From Eledone cirrhosa (lineage: Eukaryota), in NCBI GenBank assembly GCA_964016885.1, contig OZ024741.1:126170001-126234000 (forward strand): DNA of 64,000 nt, in the 5' to 3' direction. Position 1 is the stretch's first letter; the number at the start of each line of letters is the position of its first letter. A program made the translations under genes and the position numbers. The notes below the pieces were generated by a model. That model was not told where the DNA came from, did no database searches, and saw only the letters and a list, made by a program, of their open reading frames with translations. Shown piece by piece: positions 1 through 13,682 of the stretch.

Positions 1-176
1 ATATAGAAGTTTATCTAGTGTAACGTTTATTCGAAATATTTGGAGCATCAACTTTTAGGGTAGCTTAATTTTTCATGAAGAATGTTTAAATAAAAAATAA
101 TAAAATAAAAAAATAAAAAGAGAATCAAAGATTTATCGGCTAGTTTCCCATATAATTAAAAATCAAACTAAATATA

Positions 177-2513
177 CTACATTTTAAATTTAAATTTATA
201 TTTAAACGTTGAGTTTAATCTATGTTTGCAACAACTGAATAAATTTGTCCGTAGATTAAGGGAATTTTTAGATTTTAGTATAAAGAATATCTCCTCTGCG
301 CAGAGGTCACATGTCTCAGAGGATGAGTTAAAAGGAATCCCTCTTGAGACTATATTCCAAGCCGTCGAATATCTAACGTTATCTAGCCTAAGTTGCCATA
401 GTACGCCTGATAGTGCCGTTGAAGATTTTTTGCTTGGATCTGTGAAAGAATTCTTGTGGTTATTATAGCGAAGTTTAAATTCCGTCGATGTGGAACCGAC
501 GTAGTTAAAAGAATTAGAGTCAGTATTAACATTACAATTGTATACTATATTTTTAACTAAGCAGTTGTTATTTAACGGACATTTAGATCTATCTCTACAG
601 TTACATTTCTTAACTTGTATATTATTTATGCTATTATCACTAGGTTTTAAGTTCCTATTATTTATTCTATTGATATTTTGTGCTAAATTTTTGGTGGATG
701 AGTAGGTTAATTTTATTGTATGTCTATTGAAAATTGAGTGATATCTATGTGTTCTAGGGAAGCGATTATCAAGAGCTTTAAAGAATAGTTTAGCGATGTG
801 GGTTTTAATGTTTAGTGAGAAAGGGGGGGCAAACCAAATTATGTTCCTAGTTCTATTTCTTTTTTGGCCTTTGGAATTATTGTAATGCTTTCTATTATAG
901 TTGTTAAGGATGTTGCCGTAATTAAAAAAGTTGTTACTTTGTTTAGTTTGTCTATCATTATCTATGTACACAATCTGATCAGCATATCCTGCTCTAGCTA
1001 ATGCTTCATTGTAGTATTGGGCTTTTTCGTCGAAAATCTTTCTATTCGACGAGATCCTAGAGATACGTTTTTGAACAGAGTTTACTATAGTGTTCTTGAC
1101 AGATCTGGGGTGGTTAGAGTTAAAGTTTACATAGTTTAAGTTTTCATTCAACTTGTGAAAAGGATAGTGAAGACATGTGTTGAGATTTAATGTTATATCT
1201 AGGAAATTGACTATTCTATGGTTGTTCTCAATTTCTATTTTAAGATTAAAGTAATTAAAAAATTGTGTAATTTGTTTACATTTTCTATTTAGTTCAGAGT
1301 TATTATTATCAATAATTAAAAGCATGTCGTCTCTATATAAACCTCCGGTAGTACCGGGTATTTTCCTATGTAGCGAATTGATTAAAAATAAGCCCACAAG
1401 GTCAGTTACCTGGGCTGAGTCGGATGATCCCATAGTAATGTCAAAATTGCTATCTCTATCTGCTCTGGTCCATAGTTGGTCATTAAATTCTATCAAAGTT
1501 TTCCTAGCCGATAATATAATATGCATTTCATTGCTAGTTAGGTCAGTATGTTTGAATGCGTAATTTAGTGCCTTATTTAGTAGATTAGGGGTAATAGAAG
1601 AATAATAGTTAGCTATATCAAGTTGAATAAACTTATTATTATTGCTATATTTATTTTGCTTAAACCACTCAACAACCTCTCCAGTTCCCTTCCACAAGCT
1701 CAGGTTAGATAAACAATCCAAGTTCTTAATTTGCTGTATCACCCTGTCAAGAATGTTTTTGCTTAATTTGCCCAGGTCCGATTTTGATGGTGCGATCAAT
1801 CTAACTGGCAGGTCATTTTCAAAATTCCGCTTGTGATCTTTCATATTGATCTTCGGTTTCCTGGGCACGAAAGGTTGTGTTCTGTTCTCAATTTCCAACT
1901 CGTGCATTATACAAGATGCTTCGACATTCATTTTCTCAAGCTCGGCCTTATCTGCTACCTTGTACTTTTTCCTCAGCTCTTTCAGTATGAGGCCATTATA
2001 CATGTCTTTCTGCAACCCATAGAGGTTGTTGGTCTTGTCAGATTTCACCAAGATCTTCTCAGTTTTCTCTAAGCTCTCAATGTTATCCTTAATGCCTTTC
2101 AGATATTCCTGGCCTTTGAAGTTTCTCTTGAATTTGACCCCTTGTATGATAGAAATTATATCGTTTTCAAAGTCAGATAAAAGTTTGTTAGGGGGTGGAT
2201 TTCTTTTAGATTTGAAAACTTTGTTTAAGTCCGAGACATTTTCGTTTGTATTAGATTTATCAAAGTGGAATGCTCGCCACCTGATTCTCCTTATAAAAGA
2301 GTCAGATTTATCTATTAATTGTTTTATAAAGTCTTTGTTTCTAGGTAGAGGTATGTCTTTTGAAATGATCTTTGGTAGAGGTATGTCTTTTGAAATGATC
2401 TTTGGTAGAGGTATGTCTTTTGAAATGATCTTTGCTAGATGCGATTTGATAGATAATTTTTGGCTTATCTGTTTTTCGACTCTGATGTTTATAATGAACT
2501 TGGCAATATATTG
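177..2513 (-). CDS. Penelope-like element ORF (RT + C-terminal GIY-YIG endonuclease), open stop-to-stop for 778 codons
   Basis: Motifs: KSDKT, LDIANYYSSI, MGSSDSAQVTDLVG, YRDD, FLDITL, SNHP, IIWFAPPFS, CNCR..CPL..NCL, IVY..YVG..R..H. The frame continues upstream of the called TTG at 2051 (SKDIPLP...FIRRIRWRAFHF) to a TGA at 2514-2516. Confidence 0.93.
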   Translation of the reverse strand, partial: QYIAKFIINIRVEKQISQKLSIKSHLAKIISKDIPLPKIISKDIPLPKIISKDIPLPRNKDFIKQLIDKSDSFIRRIRWRAFHFDKSNTNENVSDLNKVFKSKRNPPPNKLLSDFENDIISIIQGVKFKRNFKGQEYLKGIKDNIESLEKTEKILVKSDKTNNLYGLQKDMYNGLILKELRKKYKVADKAELEKMNVEASCIMHELEIENRTQPFVPRKPKINMKDHKRNFENDLPVRLIAPSKSDLGKLSKNILDRVIQQIKNLDCLSNLSLWKGTGEVVEWFKQNKYSNNNKFIQLDIANYYSSITPNLLNKALNYAFKHTDLTSNEMHIILSARKTLIEFNDQLWTRADRDSNFDITMGSSDSAQVTDLVGLFLINSLHRKIPGTTGGLYRDDMLLIIDNNNSELNRKCKQITQFFNYFNLKIEIENNHRIVNFLDITLNLNTCLHYPFHKLNENLNYVNFNSNHPRSVKNTIVNSVQKRISRISSNRKIFDEKAQYYNEALARAGYADQIVYIDNDRQTKQSNNFFNYGNILNNYNRKHYNNSKGQKRNRTRNIIWFAPPFSLNIKTHIAKLFFKALDNRFPRTHRYHSIFNRHTIKLTYSSTKNLAQNINRINNRNLKPSDNSINNIQVKKCNCRDRSKCPLNNNCLVKNIVYNCNVNTDSNSFNYVGSTSTEFKLRYNNHKNSFTDPSKKSSTALSGVLWQLRLDNVRYSTAWNIVSRGIPFNSSSETCDLCAEEIFFILKSKNSLNLRTNLFSCCKHRLNSTFKYKFKFKM
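2344..2433. repeat. 3 x 30-bp perfect tandem repeat, in frame within the PLE ORF
   Basis: ggtagaggtatgtcttttgaaatgatcttt x3; encodes KIISKDIPLP on the minus strand. Confidence 0.95.
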
Positions 2514-3610
2514 TCAATTAATTTTGAAGGGTTGATCTTTGTGGTTTATTTTATTTTTATTATTGTAGTATTTCCTAATATTTTTATTTTTAATATTTTT
2601 AATATGTAAATTTTTTAATATGTAATATTTTTAATATGTAATATTCTTTCGTAATATTTTTTAGTTTTCTATTTTATTATTACTTATTATTATTATTGTT
2701 ATTTTTAGTTTTGTTTCTGATATATTTTTATTTTTATTAGTATATTGAAATCTGCTCTATTTTTGCTTGATAGATAATCTTGTAGAGTAAAGACGGAAAT
2801 AGTAATATTGACTCTATATATATTTGTGTGTATATATATACACATATGTGTATACTTAAATTTTTATACCACATTGAGAATGTTTTCCGTGAGCTTAGGG
2901 TTTGCAGAGTTGATCATGTAGATTCACATAGATGTTTGTAATTATCACATAAACATATGAATTTTTTTTAAAAAACTAAACATAAGATCATTAATTTTCA
3001 CACATTGTGGATACATGTCTCATTCAGGAATACTGATATTTACAATGTAGTGGCTGGTTTTGTAAATACTAATACCTCTACATTAAAACAGAGGTTTTTT
3101 ACGCCTGTGTCTGGTTATTTTTAAATTTTTCTCTCTTTAAATTTTTCTCTCTCTATATTTTTTTCTCTCTCTATATTTTTTTTCTCTCTCTATATAACAG
3201 CTGGTTTCTCTCCATATATCTCCCTTACATTAATACTAGAGCTAAATAAATAAATAAATAAATAAATGTATCATTGATACGTTATTCAACAGACGTCCCA
3301 CTACCTAGTTTTCTATATATATCTATCTATCTCTATTTCCTCTCTCTCTCTATATATATATCTCTTTCTGTTTCTTTACATGAAGTTCTTCTCTTTATCT
3401 ATCTTTCCATCTCTCTATTTTGTTCCATGCATTTCTTCTTTTTCTTCTTTTTCTTCGTTTTCTGTCTTTCTTTCCTTTTTTTCTCTCTTTTTTTTCTCTC
3501 TTTCTTTCTCTCTGTGTACAATTTTTTCACTACCAAATCAACCTTTTCAAATGCAAGTCGATGTTGTTACGGTATGTCGAATCTATTTATCTATAAAACT
3601 GTTTATATTG

Positions 3611-3676
3611 TATTTTGTCTGAGGAAGGCATAGCATATTGTTAATATGATATCCCTGAAATATATATAATGAAATA
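3611..3676 (+). ncRNA. Type I hammerhead ribozyme (TATATA stem III, family A)
   Basis: tattttgt-CTGAGGA-stem II-GAAA-tatata-TA-atgaaata; stem I pairs with G.U wobbles; same family as 7925-8190. Confidence 0.75.
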
Positions 3677-3741
3677 AATATGGTTTTAGAAAATAATGAA
3701 ATAAATATGGCTTTATAAATATAGTTTCCATTTATTTAATA

Positions 3742-3789
<48 letters not shown>

Positions 3790-3895
3790 ATAATAATAAA
3801 TTTGAAGACTAAATCCAAAGAGGGCTCAATAAGGATAAATATATATCAAATATATAAGAACCGTAGAGCAAATATTTATTAAAATAACAGATTAA

Positions 3896-3946
3896 AGTTT
3901 AAGCAAAGAATCGCTGCTTTCACCCTTAACGGGATCTTCTGAAACT
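3896..3946 (-). ncRNA. Degenerate hammerhead (core CAGAAGA); more decayed + strand relative at 6671-6722
   Basis: agttt-CAGAAGA-tccc gttaa gggt-GAAA-gca..tgc-TT-aaact. Confidence 0.5.
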
Positions 3947-4370
3947 AAAAAGTCAATCTGTAAACGCAGAAGTGGATATTTAAAAAAACGTTGCAACCGT
4001 TTTTTGAAATATCTCTCTATATATAATGTATATATATATATAATGTACGTCATGTACGTCAATATATATATGTACGTCATGTACACGTCAATATATATAT
4101 GTACGTCATGTATATATATATGTACGTCATGTATATATATATATGTACGTCATGTATATATATATATATGTACGTCATGTACGCCAATATATATATGTAC
4201 GTCATGTACATCAATACTCATCTTTTTCCATTTATCTGAGGGTTCTAAACCCCATTATCAGACTAAACCCCATTATCAGACTAAAATTTCTTTAGTCAAA
4301 AATACGGTGAAAGCTATTCTATTTTCTAATTTCAAACCTGCTCACTGTTTCAAAACATACTTACTTATAT

Positions 4371-4511
<141 letters not shown>

Positions 4512-5042
4512 CGATCTCTATCTATATATATATGTATATACACAATTGTGTGTATGTATATATGATGTATGTATATATTATGTATATATATATTACTACA
4601 TATGTGTGTTTGTGTGTAATGATACAGTATTAAAAATCAACAAAGAACTAAAACACATTTGAATACATTCGAATTAATAATGGCTCTTACACAAAGAGTT
4701 AGAAGAAACATACCACAATAACTATAACTGCAATGAACGATCTTCAATGTATTTCTCATAAAATTATTGGCAAATGGATTTATATCCAATACTTTTCAGA
4801 AGAGTATATTTTTATTACTTATTTCTATCCATCTAAATATACGTATATGTGGTTTGTTTATGATGCTAACCGTATTTCGTTATCATATTTCTAATAAATA
4901 AAACTGCCTATAATTTTGAAATAATTGTTGAAGGGATTTATCAATATAAATAGCTTTATCATTTATCTGGTGTTTCGAACGTCACAAAGAAAGGTTCGCA
5001 CATAAAATTATGACTAACATTTTTTAGATAGATATAAACACT

Positions 5043-5260
5043 TTAACCCTTTCCTTATTATATTTCTAATAGTTTTCAAATAATTTTGAAAATAATCAAA
5101 CATTTTAAGGGACCTAATTATATAATTACTTTTCTCATTGTTTATCTGGTGTTTGGAACACAACAAACGTTTGTACATACATTGATCACAGAAAGCTTTT
5201 AGATAAACAGTATCGTAGAACCAAAGGCGGGTTTAGAAAGTTTGGTATGAAAAGGGTTGG
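5043..5260. mobile_element. Possible decayed piggyBac-like MITE
   Basis: Begins TTAACCCTTT and ends AAAGGGTT; a diverged partial copy lies at about 4867-4985. Confidence 0.35.
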
Positions 5261-5486
5261 TTCACCTTATAGAAGTTTATATAATGGTATAGCGTCTAAT
5301 GCACTAAGTGATTCTCTTGGTTTTTTCGGAAAAGATCAGAGATAATATATATATATTACATTAGCTCGACTAAGAAGTAATAAGCAAACGGCTTCCTAAA
5401 AGGATATGAGTGTGTGTTCGCGCGCGTATACAGCACCAAGAAAGGCCACACACCATCACCTGTGCTTTGTGTGTGTATGTGTGTGT

Positions 5487-5563
<77 letters not shown>

Positions 5564-5795
5564 TCGCGCGTATGTATGTTGAATATGGCACCAGTCCAAT
5601 GATTAAAATTAGTGAAAGAATTAAAGAACACACACACACACACATCATTAGTTAGATCAGTGACATATAAAGGTACTTAAGTTTCGTTGGGTTATATACT
5701 CCAACTCATTCAGCCTGTATTATTAAAAAAATTAACTCGTCCTGTAAACTGAGTGCTCTTATCTTTGGATATTGCTACCAAACTTGTACTACAGT

Positions 5796-5900
<105 letters not shown>

Positions 5901-5913
5901 CGTGTGCGCGCGC

Positions 5914-5981
<68 letters not shown>

Positions 5982-5996
5982 ACGCGCGTGTGTGTG

Positions 5997-6029
<33 letters not shown>

Positions 6030-6507
6030 AACATACAAACGGCACAGTAAAATGAAGAAATATATTATTAGTTTTACGCTTGATATTGTAGGAAAAGATT
6101 TTTAACGTTTCAAACACCAGTCCTTCATTAGAGAATAGAATGAAGAATTAAAGAAAAAAATAGAAACATAGAAGAGAATGGACAGTGGCAGAAACGACAA
6201 AAGACATTTCTTAGATTGGCACGGCAGAGGAAAAACACGGGCGGTGGTGAAGAGAAGAAGCAAAAACACGGGTGATGAGTAAAGTAAGATGGGAGAGGAA
6301 AAAAGACTGTGGTATCGAGGTGAGAGATAGAATGGTGAGAAGAGAGGAGTCGGAACAGAATAGTGGAGGAAAAGAGGTAGTGAGTCTTGGTGTATTGGTA
6401 TACAACAAACAGATATAAGAAAATCCAGTGATCCGAAAAGATATCCAAGTGGAAGAGTCCGGATAAATATACAGTTCCATGGTGAACATCTACTGTAGGA
6501 ACCCAAC

Positions 6508-6556
<49 letters not shown>

Positions 6557-6619
6557 GGAAAAGAGTCAGGACCTCGACGGCTGAGCTCCGGCCGTTTCGA
6601 CAGCTAGATCTGAACTAAG

Positions 6620-6668
<49 letters not shown>

Positions 6669-6742
6669 TGAGATTCAAAAGATCACGTAATAGGGTGAAA
6701 GCAGCGATTCTTTGCTTACACTTTAATATGTACTAATATATA

Positions 6743-7768
6743 GGGCGGGTAAAATTCCCGAGATCCATGGACGAGTTCTCTCCAGCGGTCTCTGTCCCTC
6801 ATTATCGCTGCCATGTCCTGCGTCTCCAACAGACCAGTGTCTGTCCTTAGGGCATCAACATACGTTAACCTTGGTCTTCCTCTTCCTTGTCCATGTACGG
6901 GCTCCCAAAGGAGCACTGAGTGCAATGTCAACTCTGGATGTCGGTGAGCATGTCCAGCTAACCTCAGTCTCCTCTGTGTCGCTTTTGAGCTGACTTTTGG
7001 GATGCTCCCATACAGCTCTGAGTTTTTCATCCTCAGTGTATACTGATTAATGTTCAGAGCCATCATCAGCATTCTCGTGTAGCATCCATCTACCATCTAA
7101 GTGAGTTTCTTGGTCAGTGTCCTAGTCTCAGACCCGTACAGCAGCACAGAATCCCCAAGAAGATACTGGACCTGATATCACTGCTCTACACCAACACCAA
7201 AGCCCAAGTCATTACACCTGATGGGATGACAGAGTTCTTTGAGATACTGGCTGGAGTGCTCCAGGGAGATACATTGGCTCCATACCTTTTTATCATCGTA
7301 GTGGACTATTGTATGCGCCTTGCACTGGAGAAACACCAGGACTCTGGCTTTAATGTAGCACCGGCTCAGAGCAGGAGAGTGAAGGCGAAAAAGATATCCG
7401 ATGCTGAATTTGCCGACGACATAGTTTTGGTGACAAATACAGTGAAGGAGGCAGAGGATTTGATGCAGGAGGTTGAGACTGTGTCGATTAGTGTTGGGCT
7501 GAGAATAAATGAGACTAAAACAAAATATCTGGTAGAGAATGTTGAGAAGCCAGAGGGGATCACTAATGTAGGCGGGAAGCCGCTAGAATTGGTTGAGAAC
7601 TTCCTGTATTTTGGAGCAAAGATTGGGAATACGGAAGATGATGTGGTTGAGAGGAAGAGCAAAGCCTGGGCGGCGTGCCACAGCTTGAGATCGGTGTGGA
7701 AGTCGGACCTTCGTAAAGACCTGAAAATCCGCCTCTTCATTGCTGTAGTGGAGTCTGTGCTGCTGTAC
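6743..7768. mobile_element. 5'-truncated RTE-clade LINE with internal inversion (3' part minus 6743-7150; upstream part plus 7151-7768)
   Basis: GVLQGD and FADD RT motifs on +; LRLAGH..GRGRPR C-terminus on -; same family as 46652-49578. Confidence 0.9.
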
Positions 7769-7770
7769 CT

Positions 7771-8190
<420 letters not shown>

Positions 8191-8366
8191 AACCTTCTCC
8201 AAAATCTGTTGAGTGCTTTTATATCAGTTATAAAATATTTACTCGTTGTAACCCTACAATTTTAAATAAAACTTTTGCATATATATATATATATATATAT
8301 TAGAAAGTGAGGTTTTTTTTACAAAATGAAAAATAACCGAGGTGTCCTACACGAGTGAAAGTATAA

Positions 8367-8658
8367 AGAAAAAGAGATGAAATCGAAAATGCAACTGGAG
8401 TCTTATTTAAAAAAAAAATATATATATATTTATTTGGTTCCTTTACCGGTTTCGCAGTTCTTCTGCTTTTCAAAAGGTGAGTTGAGATGGAGGGTCTGTG
8501 GTTTTTCTCACATGTGAGAAAAACCACAGACCCTCCATCTCAACTCACCTTTTGAAAAGCAGAAGAACTGCGAAACCGGTAAAGGAACCAAATAAATATA
8601 TATATTTAAAAAAAAAAAATAAGACTCCAGTTGCATTTTCGATTTCATCTCTTCTTCT
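8367..8658. repeat. Fold-back palindrome centred at 8512/8513 carrying U3:A8 hammerheads (8440-8477 -, 8548-8585 +)
   Basis: cctt-TTGAAAA-gcag aagaa ctgc-GAAA-ccgg-TA-aagg; flanked by (TA)n. Confidence 0.8.
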
Positions 8659-10048
8659 TTATATATATATATATATATATATGAGAAAGAGAAAGTGAGA
8701 GAGTATGGGGTTAACCGAACAAGGATGTGTGGACCACATTATGGTCTGTTCGTTGTGAAGCAGATAAAAAGATATATATATATTTATATATACACATATA
8801 TACGTGTGCTGTGTTGACGAAATTCGGTACTGGGGTCAATATGATCGACTAAATTCCATAGAAGGCGATGCACCTGTATGACTGCAGTCTAATGACTGAA
8901 ACCTGTAAGCGAATCAAATATTAAAACAACTTGTCCCTATAGTTAATCTAGTGTTGTTTTATACCGTTCTCATTTCATTTCTTCTGTATTCTAGTCTCGT
9001 TTCTTTTTCTTCTTTTTTATCATTTTATTCTTTTACTTGTTTCTGTTAGCTCACGTAAACGCAGCATTTCTAGGTTCAATCCCACCGCATGTCATCTTGA
9101 GCAAGTGTCATTTACAATACATTCGGGTTTAGTCATGCCTCGTCAATGAAATTAGGTTGATGGAAACAGTTTGAAAGCACAAGCGACAGATCGTAGCCGT
9201 GTCTCACACTGTGTCACACTGAATCCCCCTGAGAATTACCTTAAGGGGTTACACGTGACTGTTGAATATTAGACTGGTACTTTATCGACCTTGAAAGAAT
9301 GAAAGGTTGGGTATGATGTCAGTACGCAGAGAACCGGAGTGAATAATGGAAAGCATTCTATATGACATTCTAACGATTCTACCAATTTACTCTACACACA
9401 CACCTTTCTCTTTTCAACGTTATGCTGTTCCACATCTTTTTCTTCCTTTGCCGTTCTTTATGGTTCATACCATGAGTGGACATGAACATTTAGCGTTCTG
9501 GGCTTGCCCTAGAATGTGTGTCACCTTCTTCTAGACATGCATCCTCTTTTCCAAAATAAAATAATTTTAATTTGACAAAACCTACTTTTTAACACTTCTT
9601 ACTCTGAGCATGCGAAGAAAATTAGTTAGCCTGCATTTTCCATTATACAGTCCACACTCACCCACGCTAACTTCTGTGATAGCTCATAACACTAGATGAC
9701 CCTTTCCACTACTTTAGATATTTCAGCAACGCTGCAACGTGACAAATATATTTAGCGTTTATTTATTCATTGCCGGAAATTATTATATATTTAAGGCTCT
9801 TAACTGGGGTGCCATAAGCGGTGGTTATCTAGTTGGGTTTAATAGTAGCGCTAGCCTTCGCTGTGAGGCAAGGATGATCAGTAATTTATTTATTGGTCGT
9901 AGGGAATAATTATATATTTAAGTTAGTTAGAGTTTTTATTATATAAAAAAAAAAAATGTAACCATCTAAGTTCAGTAATGCACCACTCTGAAGTCTATGT
10001 CATAGGCGGCAGCCTATTTGAGCTTAATGGCAGCGCCAGACCTGTACG

Positions 10049-10181
<133 letters not shown>

Positions 10182-11584
10182 CACACACACACCCCACACA
10201 CACACATGTATATATTTATTGATTGATCGCAGAAAATTATATATTTAATTCAATTATACAAATTTGTATAACCTCTGATTATTTGTAGTATGCGCCCTTG
10301 ACCTTTTTGGCCCTAATGGTAGCGCCGGTACTACATGCAGCTGATTTCTATTGCTAATCCAGCATTTTATTGTCCTTGTTTATGTCCTCTACCCATTTAA
10401 TTCCCTCCTCTGTATCCCTAGTTCTTTGATTTTTTTTCTCCGTCTCTCTATTCTTCTATTCTATATTTTCCGTACGTCTCTTAAACTTTCACTTCTATTC
10501 ACTTTCTTTAAAGTTCACCACTCATACCGATTCTCTCTTCTCTGTTTTCTCTTCTTGTTGTATCGATTAATTTTGATCAGTCTGATACCGAAGAGAATTT
10601 TCTTCGCTCCATATATCGTTGACATGAATTTATAGTTGACACCAGGACAACAGCAGGAAATGTGGCCATTTTGATCAATAGCAAATACGTTATTTAACAC
10701 TATTCAAACGGATCCTTTAACACTTCTTACGGATTGTTTATTACTGAAATAAGGTTGGTGCTGATAAAAGCAAGTAAGCAAACATCATCAAACAACATTG
10801 GTTCTTCGAGCGAAAGATGGAGAGTCTTTAAGATAGCATTGCAAACTAATAGGAAAACACTGAATTGATTTACAACGAGCAAAAGATATAAAGATCAATA
10901 TTGGTGATACAGTAGAATTGGCTCTGCTAGTATCTTTATAAAACGGAACATATGTCTCAGAATGCAGACGACACGATGTCTCATGGAATGTTATTGTTTT
11001 AACGGAGCTCTCATTGACGTCTTTTACTATTATTAATGTAGTTGTTATGGTATTTCGAGGTTCATTTAGTTGCAGTTAATGATGTTATTGCTTGTCTAGT
11101 CAAATCGTAAGATTCTGGCAAAGGTTCCTTCGATTTTTGGCTTGAAGGCAAAAAAGTTCACTTGATAAATATCACATAAGTTGAAATTGAATAAATCATG
11201 TTTGAAAAATGGTATTCATTCATCCAGTTAACCACTGACACACGAACTGGCACACATACACACACATAAAGTAAGACAAACACATGTGCATGCAGACACA
11301 AAGCAGATGTTCGCACACACAAATGCGCGCACCCAAACACACATGAATACATACATGCTCACGCACTCCCACATATGCTCACACACTTCCACACATGCTC
11401 ACATACTCCTACACATGCTCACATACTTCCACACATGCTACATACTCGCACACATAAACAACCACAACACGCATATAATCATATATATATATACATGCAA
11501 GTACAACCCCCCCCTCCACACACACACATATATACTCACTCGCACAGCATCAGGAAAGTAACTCGTTTATACCATCGATTTCTG

Positions 11585-11960
11585 AAGCCGCGTGGCTTAG
11601 GGGTTAGGGAATTGGATTCACAATCGTGAGGTTACGAGTTCGATTCCTGGACTGATATATTATGTCCTTGAGCATTTCATGTTGCTCCTTCTGCCAAGCG
11701 TTGCGACCGGTATCAGCAAAATATTGTTTCCTTGGTCCCATTTGACGAGTTCTACTCCACTTGGTAAATGCCATCAATATATAGAAAAAGGACGTGCCCG
11801 CCGCCTCCAATTTTGAGGGCCCAGTTTCGATTTCCACTCCATGGCATCTTGGACACGTGCCTTGTAGCATGGCCTCGCGACGATCCAATTCTTGTGAGTG
11901 AACTCAGTTTGTCGGAATTTGTATATCAATTCCGTTGCATTGACTGTACCTGTAATTTAA
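11585..11960 (+). mobile_element. tRNA-derived SINE (diverged)
   Basis: A-box tggcttaggggtt and B-box gagttcgattcc. Related heads or bodies at about 9045-9270, 12027-12086, 25390-25850 (-), 26280-26660, 26820-27170 (-) and 29166-29370. Confidence 0.6.
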
Positions 11961-13610
11961 TTGGCCAACGAAATATCACTCTCTGACACATTTGATACAT
12001 TATATTGCACGTGATACATTACAAGAGCGTGGCTGAGTGGTTAAGCTGCTCAGCTCACGGGTGTAAAGTCGTGATTTCGATTCTCGGTTGTTTTTTTTTA
12101 AATATTTTTCTCTTAATATCAGTATAAAGAAATGAATGAAACCAAACAATGTTCAAAATAAATCCTTATGGCTCACAGACAGAGTAACACAAGTGATCAC
12201 AGCTCTCCAATTATTAAGCCAATTGTACACCAAGCTTTACACGTCACTCACTAAGACAGATGATGTGTTAAATTCGTTTAATTATGAGGAAGCTAATATA
12301 AAAAAAACGACAAAAAGTGAAAAGAGCAATGGGAGAACAGGTGGGATTTAACAGAGCTTCCTATGGTGAATAATTCAGTTTGAATGGCTACAGTTTTTAT
12401 CAATTAACTGCCACAGTAAGAGGAACGTGGCTATCTAAAGAAAACAAATTTGAAAAACATTTGTAGCTAAAATAATATTAAGAAATATTTAAACCCAGGC
12501 TGAAACTAGCTTCAAGAGATTACCCCCGTCATCAACATCATAATCATAATTATTCTGTTTATACAAATAAACAAGCAATATCTTTGCAAATAAACAAGCA
12601 ATATCTTTACAACCGAGATTAATAATGTATGTTGGGTTGTAAGGTAATTGGAATTATATTTCTCCGCTCAACAATAAATTTGATAAAATCATGAGACAAG
12701 TATAAAAGTAATATAAACGCGATAATGAACACAACATATGATATAAAAACATAAAAAAAGCATTCAAGGTTACTTACACACTGTGGGTACCTATTGTTTA
12801 AGTCGAGCTAGAATGCATTATATATAATGCATCTACCATATATCATATCTTCGATAACTTCATCAACAAAAGCACCACATCTTCTAATCAAAGGCACAAA
12901 AGTATGATATCTATTGCTTTCACAGCACACCGAATAAAAGCGAATTGACAGAGTTGTTAGTGTCGCCATTTGAAATTGTTATTCAGTGAAACCAACAATA
13001 GAAAGAGAGACATGTTTATACGTGGAGGAGAAGGAACACCCAATAGTGTGTGTATATTATGTTTTTAACAAAGTACTTAACGTTTGCCTCCTTTTGGACA
13101 CTATTTAGAGTCTCAGGAGACGCAAAATTTGTGCATGCAACCCACTCCTCCCAGAGTAAGTTGCAGAGGCATCGTTAGCTTTTATGACATTGGATGGAGA
13201 GAGACTGTAATATATTTTTTCGAACAGGTCTTTCTACCTAAAGCATGAATGAGTCTCTTGTTACCTCGATTAAAGGACGATGCGGTATGATTGCTTTCAT
13301 TGCAGCTGCCCATACTTCAGTTTTTGGTGGTCTTATTTGCGACAGTCACCAATCTGGTAATTTCTCCAAACCTGCGAAGGCGAAGCTTTTTTAGAGGCAG
13401 ACTTTCTTAACTACATCACTGCGTTGTGAGAGTTTCTTGAAAGCTAACTGTCATCCATTGCTCAATCTTCCCTAGTAGCTTAACGTTGTTTGGTCTGGGG
13501 CTGCTTATTTGTCCGACAGAAACTCACATATCACAACTAACCAGCATATCTGGTAGCCGTATAGCTATCCGCCACCTGCAACCCGTTCAGTTTTGCCGAT
13601 AAAAATCGAT

Positions 13611-13682
13611 AGGCTCACCTGCGACTCAAACCCAAGAACTTTCCTATCTTAAACGAGAATCATACCTCTAGACAAACGGACT
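13611..13682 (-). pseudogene. Degenerate tRNA-Pro-like sequence (pseudogene or SINE head)
   Basis: gtccgtttgtctagaggtatgattctcg...gggtttgagtcgcaggtgagcct resembles eukaryotic tRNA-Pro; several stem mismatches. Confidence 0.55.

Noticed and set aside
10310-10340. CCTAATGGTAGCGCCGGT as a twister ribozyme
   Set aside because: I could not find the pseudoknot partners or the closing stem.
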